Shown here piece after piece: positions 38,999 through 52,500 of a DNA stretch of 64,000 bases (position 1 is its first letter; each line of letters opens with the position of its first letter). A program made the position numbers and the translations under genes. A model generated the notes under the pieces. The model was not told the DNA's origin. It did no database searches and saw only the letters and a list, made by a program, of their open reading frames with translations. Origin of the DNA: Laetmonice hystrix (taxonomy: Eukaryota); the NCBI GenBank assembly GCA_965235115.1, contig OZ249436.1, positions 54,934,001 to 54,998,000 on the forward strand, read 5' to 3'.

Positions 38999-41029
38999 CT
39001 ATTTGTTATTTGGTATTTGTTTCCTGTCTGATTGCTGAATCAGTCCAACTTTCGACCTACTCCTCCTTTAAACTTGCACTCAATGGGATAGCCTGACATA
39101 GCACATGCACATACCGTCAGACATAGCCCACATACCCATGGTCACAGCCCGTCCTAGGTCTTGGCCTGCTTCCCCGACTGTTTCACGCCAAGAACACAGC
39201 AGGACTCGGGTGAACCCGGTGTCTGCTCCAATCTTACCGCTGACAGAGCTTCCCATCGACATCCGTCGTACCACCCCTAAAACAGGGGCGCCTAAACTAA
39301 CAAACTTTAACATTCATATTTCCCCAAGCTAACCAAATGTAACAGCTGTTTCCTGACCGTGGGTCGTGCATGTACTCCGTTATACCACTCCACGTTAACT
39401 CCCTGACGAATGACAGAACCTAGCTAGGACAAGGTACACAAGTAAAGGCGCCAAATTCTGTATTCACAATCACAGAATCTTATTCGTCATGACTCTGTTT
39501 AGGTAAAGGTAAGAAAAAGCCTTTAATTGTTTAAGATTCCACATGCACGCCATTATTATTTCTATATGGTCGGCAAGGTTTTAATGTCCTATTCCTTAAA
39601 TTTGCACCTTTTTTCAAAATTACACCATTCCTTAGTATTTCTAAAAGTTTGTGCACTTTGGTCGGCCGTTCATTTTTTTAACCCTAGCGTTCTTGTACAA
39701 ACAACGTGCCAGGCCGTCGGACTGTGCATCAGAACTTAGCTGGATGTGGCCAACCCTACAGAAACCCTACTTACACTAATCCATGCCACCCTAATGGACA
39801 TTCCCTGCCCTTGCCCTGCCCTCATCTTTGTTTAACTGAAGTCTACCAAGTGTCGTGTCCCGTACGCGGAAACTGAAGCCCTCGGGAAACCAACGTATAA
39901 TGTCTGCTGTATGTACACTTCCTACAACGGCGTACCACACCTCACACCGCTGGAAGACTAAAGTTATACAACTCGACATAATACCTCATAATATACATCC
40001 TGCGAGTACCGCTTTTAGAAAACCTCCAAAGCCCATTTTGCCTGATAATAAAGTTCACAGCGGGACATCTCCTAACAAAAACGTCCAACCGGGAGTGCCT
40101 GGGGGCGAACTCCTCCGGGCTACGACCTGTCAAACTCTTTTAGTTCAGCGGCAGCTGGCACTGAAATCTTGCGGGACTCCAATAATTGTTAACCAAACAT
40201 GGGGCAGGCTCCTAAACGTCGTGACATAACGTTTGGATTCAGACAAACCTTCGATTTCATACAGACCAGCTAGAAGTGATTCTAAATGTATTTAATTAAA
40301 CCTTTTCCGTCGCATTTTCTTCTTAAAACAATAAACGAGCTTAGAAGCCGGAGATATTGTCTCTGGTAACCATAGACTATGTCATTTTACATATAGTCGA
40401 TTGTTTGCTCGTATCGTTTCATCTTCTGACAACACCCCGGTCCCAAGATACCGCGTACACGCAATCTCGACAAGCCTTCAAGGCACAGACCTCGGACAAT
40501 ATTTTGATAACACGTCTGTTATTCTCCGGATACAGCCGATCTAGTGTGTACTTTGGGTGTCGGTACACGCCTACTGTTGATATAACAGGCATATATAGAG
40601 TACAATGTACATGTATATATTACTAGAGATATGACGCCATGCTCAGACCATAGCTTTGGTTTTGTCTCAGAGACCTTTCTATAGGCAGCATGTTAAATAT
40701 ACCCATTTTCTCCAGTTATTTTCATTTTGACATGTGTATCATCTTTAATGAATTATACACTGATGCTAGGGATAATGGCAGGAATACGTCGAAGTCTTGT
40801 TGTTTGTATTTTAAAGTCAAGATGTAAATGTAAGGGGTATGATGTTAAATTGTAGACCTCATGTCCCCTGAACTTTCTGCTTAATTCTTGACTTACACCA
40901 CAGAATGTTTGACCAAATGCACCTTTAAGACACATATTTCTCTGTTGACGCTGGTGACGTCATACGACGTTGATGACGTCATAACCATGAGAACAAGCTG
41001 TTAAGAGAGACAAATAACTTAAAGGTCAC

Positions 41030-41373
41030 CTTCCAGGGGCCCCAATCTGTGACGATGATGACGGGAGTACAAGGAGCGCTCCGAGTTGAATCTTTCCTCG
41101 CCACTGAATTCTTCCTGCCGCCCTCCTCCTCCTCCATCTCTAAGCTGGTCGACTCGGACCACAGTCGCCTCCTCGGCTCTGGGTCATCCACCCACGACTG
41201 GGGACGTGAGGCAGTCTGAGGGGGGCCGGACAGTGACACCCTCAGGGGCCGGTGTTTGTACCGAACCCCTTCCAGTGGCCCAGACACTTTCATACTCCTC
41301 CTTGTGAAGACAACTTCACTGTCATCTTCCGTAACGTCGAGCAGAGCGTCCACATCGTCCATGGTGTCTCCAC
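41030..41373 (-). CDS. Candidate coding exon encoding a disordered Ser/Arg/Glu-rich segment, product unknown
   Basis: GC-rich open frame of more than 110 codons (MDDVDALLDV...RRRLWSESTSLEMEEEEGGRKNS...RSAPCTPVIIVTDWGPWK); AAG|GTGACC donor; CTAG| candidate acceptor. Confidence 0.55.
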
Positions 41374-41571
41374 CTAGCGGACGATTCTAGAACTGAGGGA
41401 GAGGCGCGAGAATCACTCCTCTAAAGTGGTGGTTATACCCCGGGTTGGGGGGTTCCGCACGTGGAGGGGTACAACCGAGATACGGCTCAGCCAGTCGGCG
41501 GGCCCCGACAAGACCGTGTCTTGTATACCCTGGCTCACAATGGTCTTCGCAACATCATCTCCAGCACTTAC

Positions 41572-41627
41572 TTATCAGTTTTTCCAGCTTCTCCCTCGCT
41601 CTCCGGAGGAATAAGGCAAAAAGGAAT
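41572..41627 (-). CDS. Candidate short exon
   Basis: ACACAG| acceptor and |GTAAGT donor. Two frames are open; FLFALFLRRAREKLEKLI would join the 41373 exon in phase. Confidence 0.35.
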
Positions 41628-42018
41628 CTGTGTCAAGAGCTTCCAATCAAGCTGAACATCGTGAACGCATTTTGTATACAAGGCTGTAGAATTCTGGGGT
41701 CTGGCCAGGCCAGTTCTGTCAGGTGGAGCTCTGCCGATGGCGCCACTGGCGCCGCCCATGTTTTATTCTAGCCTTGAGGGACAATAAATCAACCATCTCA
41801 GGCAGCGGCTCTTGGGTCAAGCCTTGACCAGGCTTCCAAACCTTGTGGTCATTCTCTCACCTCTCTTTAACGACTTTCACTGCTTTTACGTCTGTAATTA
41901 GAATGCACTGTGAATTCCTTACGATCGAACCGACAGTCTGAAGAATTCAGCCTTTGGCCAGACAAATGACTAGAATATTCTTAACGTTGGCTCTCAGAAC
42001 TCCCACTGAGTTCTGTAC

Positions 42019-42126
42019 CTTTATCTTTCTGTACTGAGACAGGGTCGGTAAACGTAAATAATGGGCCTCGCCTTCCGTGGCTTTTTCTCCCCACAGTTGT
42101 CCGACTCTGCCCGTCAACATATGTCT
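42019..42126 (-). CDS. Candidate phase 0-0 exon
   Basis: CTGAC...TTGCAG| acceptor, AAG|GTACAG donor, 36 open codons (RHMLTG...QYRKIK); in phase with the 43028 donor. Confidence 0.35.
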
Positions 42127-42505
42127 CTGCAATTTACGAAAGTCAGGTCCTTGTGTTGAAAACAGCGTGCAGTTTGGTGCCACTTAAGAAGCCTAGGTTT
42201 CAAGGGCACTGAACGTTGCAGTCGTCATAGCAGTTACAGAGTCCGTGTACACAGTGTACACGTTAATGTAGATTACATCTAGGGTTTCTGTCATCAAAGC
42301 TGTAACATGCGAGGTTCCCAGCTCGGCTCCACTCCACCCACCTGTTGTCTACAGGTGTGAGCCCATCATTGTACACACCCACACACGTATATCCCTCCTC
42401 TAAGGGCATTTCCTGGACCCCTGCAAATCTTCGCGTATCCCCAATCTAGCCTGACGTATATCAATCCTTAAAGTTATGTCATCATATTAACCATAGGTCA
42501 ATGAC

Positions 42506-42691
42506 CCCAGGGCCCAGTTTTTAGTTTGTCATTTTACCAATCTTAAGACTGGAATTTTAAGACTGACTTGTGTTATGGTCTCTCATTGGTTGACTTCATT
42601 TGAAGGACCAATCAAAAGCTCTGAAACAAAACTTCAGTCTTTAGATTTGAATCTTAAGGCTCGGTTTGCGAACTAAAAACCTGGCCCTGGG
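42506..42691. mobile_element. Small MITE with Harbinger-like GGGCC termini
   Basis: CCCAGGGCCCAGTTTTTAGTT is mirrored by AACTAAAAACCTGGCCCTGGG; internal TCTTAAG subrepeats. Confidence 0.65.
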
Positions 42692-43027
42692 ATTTTCGTC
42701 CAGACACGTGTTAGTGTAAGTTTAGTGAAGGGTTTTTCAATAATACTGGTACACCATTATTTATGATCTTACAAATTATCGAGATGACCTCTTTTCGACG
42801 ATTCAGTTGGTCTGTTTGCTATATAACAACAGAAAAAGAACAATGTGGTATTCCTGCAATGAACGCAGGTAGAACCCGGGGATTCAGACTCAGTTCCGGA
42901 AAGCTCTGTGCACGGTTCCGCTCGGGCCTGACGGCCGCCACATGTGTTCAGTGACTGCAAAACGTAAACATTGAAGGCGCCCGAAAACATTTTTTTTTTT
43001 TAAATGTATGACACTCATGACACTCAC

Positions 43028-43127
43028 CTGTAGTTGAAGGAACCTCCGCTTGAGGGCCGTGTCTGGCAGCATGTAGTGTAAATTGTACTCCAACATGTAC
43101 ATCTTCCGCTTACTCATCATTACAACC
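43028..43127 (-). CDS. Candidate coding exon, product unknown
   Basis: CGCAG| acceptor, consensus CAG|GTGAGT donor, open frame VVMMSKRKMYMLEYNLHYMLPDTALKRRFLQLQ. Confidence 0.5.
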
Positions 43128-46100
43128 CTGCGGTATTGAGTCCTTCCGGGGCTATCCCCTCCAAACGGGGCCAGAGACTGACTCAAGATTCAGGGCTGAA
43201 TTAACCCAAGATTTCTGATCGGCATGGACTGTCAGCTCGAAACAGCTCCCATCAACCTTACCGAAACCACCTTACCATATCATGGAGAGCATATCCATTA
43301 ACACTTCCTAACAGTTCCTGGTTACCATTGGACAGGTCTGTTCCTTGCACTGAAACTCAAAGATACCTCCTGGTAATCCATGGGTAGCTCCTGGTCAGCA
43401 ATGAACCCTAGAGGGAGTTTCTAGTTTCTATTGCCTGAGGGTTGCTTCGTCACACAACATGAGTCGATTCCAAAGCCACAATTCACAATCAAGATTATGT
43501 GCTGGTGAAGCGCGTGTGACAAATGAGTCACACCCAAACCATGCGGCTGGGTCTATCCAACTCGTGCTATCCCACCCTGCTCCTGAAAATCGACACTAGT
43601 AGGTTGAAGTTTGGACACGCTCACTGTCAGGACAGGCCCCGACGCGAGCCCTGATGGCCGGCCGGCCGTGCCCTGGTGGTCAGACGGTCAGTGAGGGCCC
43701 GCCGGGCGGTCCAAGCCGTGGTCCTGACCCCAGGAGATGATGAAGAAGATGATGAAGGAGTTTGACGGAGATGGAGGGACAGACACACCTGTTGCTCCGA
43801 CCGTGTCTGGGCTCGGACACGTTGCACGTACATCGTAAGCGTCCCAGGCCGGGTGACCCCCACATACTCGTCCCTATAGGTTTAGAGGGCCGTGCCATTG
43901 TTCCCCCAACCATTAGGGGTGAGAAGGGTGGTCAGGCAAGCGATAGACTCGGCTCAGTCATGGGAGCCGAGAGCGGGGTACAAGGCTTGGAACCCCAGGT
44001 TAGACCGCTCTGTGTCAACACGGATCTACCTACAGTCCGTGTCACGCTTGCAAGGCACTCCGCCACGGTTGCAAGGATTTATTTATGGTTAGAATATTGG
44101 GAGTGCGTGTTTTTGTCACAGTTGACAAGTTTGTTCCTTGTATTATCAGACCCTGACAGTAGTGGACTCTCAACCTCCGCCCCTTATAATCTATACTGAC
44201 CCAGCAAATTCCACACTATTCTATATGTCAAACAACATAATGTATTTGGAATCAACAAGGAATCTTAAAGGTAATCAATCACCCTAGGGCCGCCGCGAGT
44301 TTTGTCGGAGCGGTGTCCCCATCTCCTACGAATCCGCGTATTTCAAGCTTACCTGATCTTGAATCTATCCCACTGGACTGATAAAACATTATGTCGTCAT
44401 CATAACATTGTTGTGCTAGGTCTGTTGTTGACTATGAGCCATAATGAGGCGATACATCCCATATTTTTCATCGTGATGGACTGAGAACCTAGAAAACTGC
44501 CGCGAGGCCAACGATCATTACTAAGCAAGGGGATTGGGCGCATGCGCTGCCTCGCACTGCCCCCCCTCGACGTCCACCCTCCCCCCATAATCCAAATAAG
44601 AGCATGATTTGATTCGCGTGCTCTCGTCTCTAGCCATATAGGTAAACGCTTAACTAATTAATTAAAAATATTGTCGACATGGACGTGCCATGGTACCAGA
44701 CTGCTAGAAATCCCTTAAAATAATTGTTTTTACTCAAGTTATGTTGAATTGACTGCGTTTATTTCAATTTTCGGACTGATTTCTTTGAAAAGATGTGCAA
44801 AGAAAAGGGGTGGAATAACAATGGGAATGAGAAATAATGCATGGTTTATTAAAGGTCTCGGCTGGCGGCTGGTATTCATATAAAACGCCATAGACGTTGT
44901 CCCCTGTTGTGAAAACACCTACTAAACCTGGACATAAATTACGTCTGGGCAGTGAAGGTGATGGGTCACGTACTTCAACATAATATCTCTGTCCCGGTGC
45001 CTGGGGGGGGGGGGGGGTCCAAGTTCAACCAATCAGCGCGCGTCATCAATATGTGTATAGGTAGGTGATTATAACCTATAACCGGAATCATGGGTGACAG
45101 GGTGCATAACAATGGGTGGTACCTGACGAGCAGCTGGATACAACAGTGACGGACGGACGGTTGGTCGGCTTGATGGGGGCCACCAACGTCTTGCCCAAGT
45201 CAAATATTATACAAGTACAAGTCATTTGTGTCAGGTTGTGGGATGCACCTAAGCATGGAAAGACTTTGTTAGTTACGCAATTCCTAATAATATTATACAC
45301 TGTCGCTGACGCACAGAGTTAGGATATTATTTCCCATGGAAGTCTAGTGACTCGCGGTACACGTTGGTGCTCTTCTACACCGCTCCGTGAACCGTGTGAC
45401 TGTCGGTCACAACCCCGCGGTCACAAACAACAGTAATTACCAACAACTCTCTAGTTACCAGCCATTCCCCTGCTTACTCTGTTACAATCAGACATGGTGA
45501 TTGTCTTGACCCACCCATGCTCACATTGAACATTGTGACCCGCACCTTGGGGTTCCAAGTCTCTGGGGCGATACTTCTAGCTGTTGTAATAGTAATCATT
45601 GACACAGATCAATGTTCTCACGACCCACTCACGAATGTTTGACAGTTGTGAACAGGTAAGCGCCCCCCCCCCCCAATACCTGTCACTTGCCCTGAACTTT
45701 TATTCAAGTCCAATCCATAAATTCTAAAACTTAATTTGATGACATTGAATTTGATGCCCCTTCAGAGTCGTCACTTTCCCAGAAATTGTTGGTTCCTTTC
45801 TATAAATATGAACATACACCAGTTTGTTACAATCAAAAGGAATATTTCCTAAAATAATGCGATCCTAGTTTGGTTAAGTCGTTATCCTGTCAGTACGCCT
45901 ACAGTACACTGTGTGCTCGTTCTCGAGGTCCTTCATCAAGTTCCTTCCAGATAATACAGTTAACTCCTGCTCTATTTCCTTTCAGCGAATCTTGTGAATG
46001 GCGGGAATCTCCGGAGGTTTTAATTAAGTCTGCCACTCGCTGAGAACCCTTACCCCCATAGGGCTATAATAATACGGACGCTCACTCCCATTTTACACCA

Positions 46101-46899
46101 TGGACCAATTAGGCACGGTTTCAGCACACTTTTAAACGCATGCATTCTGACTCTATAGTGTCCACGACATGGGTGTCATTCTATTGTACAGTATGTGTGA
46201 TCCATTCCGAACATGACAAAAAACTTCCCGCCCTGCGGGAAAAAATGACCTTTCACACCTTCTGTTAACATGATAGGGTAGGTCCTTCAGGTGAGTCAGG
46301 TGATGCTTGACAACTTGGGAAGACCAACGGTAGGAAAAACGATCCCTTCCCACCGCCTTCACTAATTGTAATTATATCTCGCCTGACCCCAACAACAAAT
46401 AAACAAGGACCCGCATAGATCATACTATCGTGGTAGATGGAGAGACCACCATTATCTTCAAGAAGATAACCTCCTGTTTAATAATAGTCAAAATTATTCT
46501 ACACATGCATGACAATCATGACAGATCAGCTAACCTTATGTTTGACCTCTGCAGATCAGAATTAATGTATGCACTGTCAAGATAAACTGTTGGCATAACT
46601 TGGTATATCATTCTAGACCGTGGTATTTTCTTTTCGTTTAGAGTCTTTTTCATATACCAGTTTCAAGATCTTGCTATCTAAGATTTAGTCAGTATAATGC
46701 CGATACTAAACAGTAAATCTTGCTGTTCAGTCTCAATATCTAGCTTACTTGTCCTGGTAGGTAAAAACTCCTGTGTGAAGTAGTTCGAGTTTATTCTCAT
46801 GCATTCTCTTTACTCGGAAACCGCCTAACTAGAAAATGATAACAAATCATGCTAAGTTTGTTCACGTGTATAATGGTTTTGTTTTGTTCTGGGTTGGTG

Positions 46900-47105
46900 T
46901 TTTACAGCTCTGCCACAGGCAGGATCATATGGAGACGGTCAATGTATACTGAAAACGGGAGTACCCGGGATAAGTCACCGTCTTAACGGCAAGAACTTGA
47001 CAATCCTTCCAACATTATGGCTCGAAGACGATTTGCACCTACATATGAGAGGCCAATGCAGTGGTCAGGAACCGAATCCTTGAATCCCACCACCACCTCG
47101 ACCAA
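46900..47105 (-). mobile_element. Old, degenerate V-like SINE
   Basis: GAAAACGGGAGTACCCGGGATAAGTCACCG (46951-46980) resembles the core at 22569-22597, and the flanking layout is similar. Confidence 0.4.
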
Positions 47106-47283
47106 GCTCATGGAGCATCAACGGTGTATAGGGGGTGTCCACAAAAGTGGAACCCGTTGTTTTGTGAAGTCCTTGGCGTTCCTCCCATGCATATCGAATT
47201 TGCTGAGTGCGCACTTCAGTGCATGACGGTGGAACGTCGATATGGTCTGCGTCAGGTCTGGCCCGAGGACTTCAGTAAGAAAA

Positions 47284-47391
47284 TGTCACTGACATGTAGC
47301 ATCTCCTGTCGACAGTCTGTCACTGACATGTAGCATCTCCTGTCGACAGTCTGTCACTGACATGTAGCATCTCCTGTCGACAGTCTGTCAC
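47284..47391. repeat. 34-bp tandem repeat, 3 copies
   Basis: TGTCACTGACATGTAGCATCTCCTGTCGACAGTC three times. Confidence 0.95.
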
Positions 47392-48326
47392 GCGTTGGGC
47401 CAACTTGGCGGTCCCGTGCTCGGCATCAAACGACCAGCGGCATCACTAGGCGGGCCACGTTCTTTTACACGGAGTACAAGGTGAACATGCGGAGGAACTT
47501 GTTTCCTTGGATAATGTGACACCACAGAGTTGGGTGTGACACAAGGAGAGCAAGCCAATAAAGCCAGGTCATCCACCAGACCCTGTGTGCCTGGCATGTT
47601 CAAGATTCATTGTCTAATATTCAATGACAATAAGCCAACTGCCATTTCACTACATACGTGTTTCCTAGGCATGTACTTGCTCTATCTGCTGAACAATGAG
47701 CTCAAGACGAATCCAAAGTGTTTGGAAGCTTGAATAATAAGGAAGCATAACTGTGATCTTCCTATGTCTAATTTTGTCTTCACTATACCGAGATTGGCAA
47801 AGTTTGCCCAACAAGACTTCAAAATCTATCACATTTTCTAGTTTTTACATTTTTACTCTATTCTATACAGGGTAGTATAGCTCCGATCGGTGCTCAAGTT
47901 TTGGCTGGTCGGTCGATGATATATTTTTGCTTTATACGATGAATGATGCGATTCAAATATTCTTCTCGTTGATAGCGTCGTATTATATCTTCACGATTAA
48001 AACAAACTATGTTTTACAAATTATTTTGTGGGATTATTTAACTTAAGATGCGAGTCGCTGAACACCCGTGTCTCCCACAGGCTTTAGTGTCGATCAATCT
48101 TTCTGTAGTGCGGCCAACTCAAACCTTTAAAACGTGTGTCCCTGCTGAACCCGGCAACAGTCAATACGCCGGGGAAACCTGAGTATGACGTTGGTAGGCC
48201 TCACCCCTTCACACTTATGTCTTCAACAATGGGTCCAGGTGTGAACAGGGGTTGTGAGTATAGCTACCGTGTGAGATTGACGACCACCCTATGTTATGTA
48301 CCCTCCAATGGTTTTGTGATCGTGGC

Positions 48327-48847
48327 GAATGAGTGGTTCAGGTTGCACTTGATCGAGAATCTTGGGGTTAACATTGAATGAGTGGTTCAGGTTGCACTTG
48401 ATCGAGAATCTCGGTGTCAACATTGAGTGGTTCAGGTTACACTTGATCGAGAATCTCGGTGTCAACATTGAGTGGTTCAGGTTGCACTTGATCGAGAATC
48501 TTGGTGTCAACATTGAATAAGTGGTTCATGTTGCACTTGATCGAGAATCTCGGTGTCAACATTGAATAAGTGGTTCATGTTGCACTTGATCGAGAATCTC
48601 GGTGTCAACATTGAATAAGTGGTTCAGGTTGCACTTGATCGAGAATCTCGGTGTCAACATTGAGTGGTTCAGGTTGCACTTGATCGAGAATCTTGGTGTC
48701 AACATTGAATGAATGGTTCAGGTTGCACTTGATCGAGAATCTTGGTGTCAACATTGAATGAGTTTCAGGTTGCACTTGATCGAGAATCTTGGTGTCAACA
48801 TTGAATGAGTTTCAGGTTGCACTTGATCAAGAATCATGGTGTCAACG
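48327..48847. repeat. 45-49-bp minisatellite, about 11 copies
   Basis: GAGTGGTTCAGGTTGCACTTGATCGAGAATCT(C/T)GGTGTCAACATT(GAAT). Confidence 0.96.
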
Positions 48848-49333
48848 GTGCCTTGCTTAAATACGATCCTTATAAGGTGATGACATGCAACAATGCGTAA
48901 AACACTGAAATCTTTAGGCTCACTATGCATGTAAAGTAGAATAAGGACGGGGCGGGGTGGGGTGGGGTGGGGTGGGGGGTCCGTTCTGTGAACCCTAGGG
49001 TAAACTAGAAGAAGACATTATATTATCATTTTGCCTACTAAAAGCAGCACTCTTGACCTTAAGAAACCCCTTAATTATCCGCGTAATGACGCTAGCAGAG
49101 ATCTGATAACGATTCATCTGCACAATAAGTAGGTTTTTTAAGAAAAACTTCAAACGCGATGATACGGGTGCTCGGCCTCATCTTGTAGCCGCCCCTCCCC
49201 CACATACACAGGCTGCCCCCCCCCCCTCCTCCCCACACCGAGGTCCTCAGCCTGTTGACACCTATACGATGTGTAATACTGTAGTATAGTTTACGAGCCT
49301 AGCGCCGATTGATGGAGTACGTTACAGGCTTAC

Positions 49334-49527
49334 CAGAGGGGTCCATCCACTCACGTCTAGCTCACATCCCTCATCAATCGAGTAACACGACTGACTCAGG
49401 TTGAGTGAGTCAATGGAGAACGGCAACCAATGCTGAGGTTTGTATCCACTCAGCTTCTTGGAGTTCGGAGCCATCGATGATAGGTTCTCAATGCTCTTCC
49501 AGCGTCGTCTTTTCCACATCTTGTCGT
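49334..49527 (-). CDS. Candidate coding exon, product unknown
   Basis: Pyrimidine tract followed by CCCAG|; open frame DKMWKRRRWKSIENLSS...YSIDEGCELD; two in-phase donors, |GTGAGT (49355) and |GTAAGC (49334). Confidence 0.5.
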
Positions 49528-52500
49528 CTGGGATTGTCCCACCCACACGAGTAAATGACACAGGCAGGGGGAGGAGGCGCAGGAGGAAACTTCAGCCGTC
49601 TTCAGGCCATCAACTGGACGGTCAGCGACACTATCGGTCAGCCCGTTCATTACATCTACACTGAGCGCACAGAAACGGAACGGGCACCGGATGGATGTGA
49701 CAACAAGACGTCACATGACAGTCACATGGTCACATCCCCTGGCTGGTCGGCTGGCTGGCTGGCTGATGTGTACCTTACATGCCTGAGGCACACATGGCGG
49801 TATGTGATCATGAGGCTGTGAAAGGTTACGGTCACCGCCAACGCTCGTCCTTCCGTCACCACTTTCAACTCCCTCTCGACTGACCCGCTTCACTACCAAC
49901 CATTTTCGCTCCCTCCGCATTTTATAACTTGCAATCAACCCCACTCGCAGTTTCATGGCGATATCGCCGTGTTATTTCTAAATGTCACATTACTGTCCAA
50001 TATTACAGGTCAACCTCAGCTGGAGGAAACTATTTATAGTTAGCAGAATTTTCTTCTGTTGAAATAAGGACGGATGCTGTCATGTCAGGTAAATATTTTG
50101 ACACGAGACCTTAGGGCCTTCTTGGCACTACTGCTACACAATGCGTATACAACCCTGTCCCAGTTACACCGACGATGGCATTAACTGCTGGATTAGCTCT
50201 CAATGATGGCAGCACAAGTGGGCATAGGCACACATTACATGAAAATAAAGACAATATTATTGCAAAGAATTAGGCCTACACAGACAAGGGTTATCTTTTC
50301 GTGATGACCATATTTTCACAGGGGGGGGGGGGGGGCTTGGAGGGTTGGGGGAGCTATAGAACCAGTGAAGAGGCTTACGTTGTGTTTAGTCACGCCAGCG
50401 AGGCCAGTCGATAGAGCACACGTCACAGGTGTAGGTAATGGTGGGGGAGGGGGGGGGCTTTCGTTAACACTGGCACGGCTAGAGTCAGCCAAAGTCCCGC
50501 TGTAAAATAAATTATTTCTTTTATACCCCAAAATTATGTGGTCATGCACTGACCCCCCCCCCCCAAAAAAAGAGGTTAATTGCGGTATTTAACACATAAA
50601 TTACGACACATAAAATTTACGTTTCTCTACATGCTGTGTGGCTGTGGTTAACGTTTGTGGCTGTGGTGATGGTTAAATTTAGACGTGTAGGACTATTAAC
50701 CATGGAAGAATTATGTCAGTCCACATAAGAGACCTAGGCCTAATCTGTAATCTGTGATTATTTACCCTTGAATCCGAGGAGCTGAAATAATCACAAGTCT
50801 TAATTGTCTGGAACTTTCACAGTATGGCCTACTATAAGGGGCCCTGATCGTCGCTCTCTGAAATAAATCACCCATATTGACGGGTGAGGTGACGGGATAT
50901 GGTGGAGATGATCATTCTATGATGCGGGATTTCGGTATCGGTTACTTATTTATCAGATAATGTTTAAATATTGCTCATTTATGACACATCCTCTGTATAG
51001 ATAGGGCCACTGTTTAGCCCTTCGCCTTCACCATAAACGACGTCACGTCTATGACTATCATGTCACACTTGTATGAATCTTTTGATTGTGATGTGACTCG
51101 GCCCACAAACCTTACTTCCCGGTGGGCCTACCCATAAAATATGATGGGACTGACTAGGCCCTATAGTATAGGATATGCAGAATGAGGGCCTATCAACTAT
51201 GGTATGTCTGAGACACTGCCCTGGTGCGATGTTCCCACATTGGGATGGGGTGGGGGCAGCATAAATTCCTGATCTGGTCATCATTTCCTGGACAAATTCA
51301 GCCTACCTGTCCCATGGTTAACGATACAGACACTGGTAGACTTGGACCAGTCTCCCCTGGCAGCAGACGGCCATGTTTGAGCGTAACTCTCGGCGGCGTA
51401 TCCACGAGCGCCACCTATCGACGTATGTGTGACCTCACCACCAGGGGCACACACAGTCCGGCAGCGTTTGCTGGTTGGAGGATTTCAACGTCTTGTTGAT
51501 AAGAGGCGGTCGGTCCAACACCAGTCTGAGTCCATTATAGCTGTATCAAATACGGGTTATATCAGTTTAAATGCTGTCCATTACTTGTTGTGGACAGCTT
51601 GCCGTGATCACACAAACTGACCTGTAATATCTATGACCCGAACACACTGATGGCGTTTGGCACGTGTTGATGTCAGCCAGAAGTAATGTTGACGGTTCTT
51701 GACGGATCAAATGATAATATGTCGGCTTGGTGCACGCTCTCAACAAAATCTACACCTTTACAGAACCCGTCGGAGAGAGTTTGTCCATCTATTCCAGCCT
51801 ACCATAATCTAACTGTTAGCCCCTGTCACAATGTCCGTGTAGGATAGCTGCAATCAAGTGCGTGAAGTCATTCCGATATGCTAGAGATCCTTGCAGTAAC
51901 AAAACCACAGCTCCTACTCGTAACTCCGTGAGGTGGTCAGTTCAGTCCTTTAGTCTCGGCAGTGGGTGCACAGATATAACAGTCCTTAATATGATCGCCC
52001 TTCTCTGTAACTTGGGGTATGATTATGTAACCTTCCAACCCCCTTGTCTTCACTTCATAAACATTTCAATTGCTACTGGCTCAGAGACAGATTCCTTTCT
52101 TGCCATCATGGAGCATGGCGTCTTAAGTAGTTTGTTGTGAGTTACCTAGCTATGTATAATATACATGGATGCCCCGGTTGTTATTTCGAGTGTCGGGATG
52201 GAAGGTTACGCTCCAGATATTTGGGAGGTCTCCCGTCTCGACTAGCGCAACAGTCAGACACAACAACCCTCACTAAATCACCACAGCAAAGAGCTTATTT
52301 ATTATTCTTGTCTTAATCTAGCATAGAGAAAAAAGTACCTTGAAGGAAAGAAAAACACCCATTTAAAAGGTATTATAATTGTTCTTTGTCCTGTTCTTAG
52401 TTCTGTTGATCGGTGTTTCATTGCATGGAATAAGATAATTCGAGAAAGTTCGCTTTTCCCCTGTTTTCATGTACAATGAATAGCTAAACCTGTATATATA

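Noticed and set aside
43730..43800. EF-hand-like EMMKKMMKEFDGDGG on the + strand
   Set aside because: It comes from a (GAT/GAA) low-complexity tract, the 12-residue loop consensus is not completed, and no partner exons are present.
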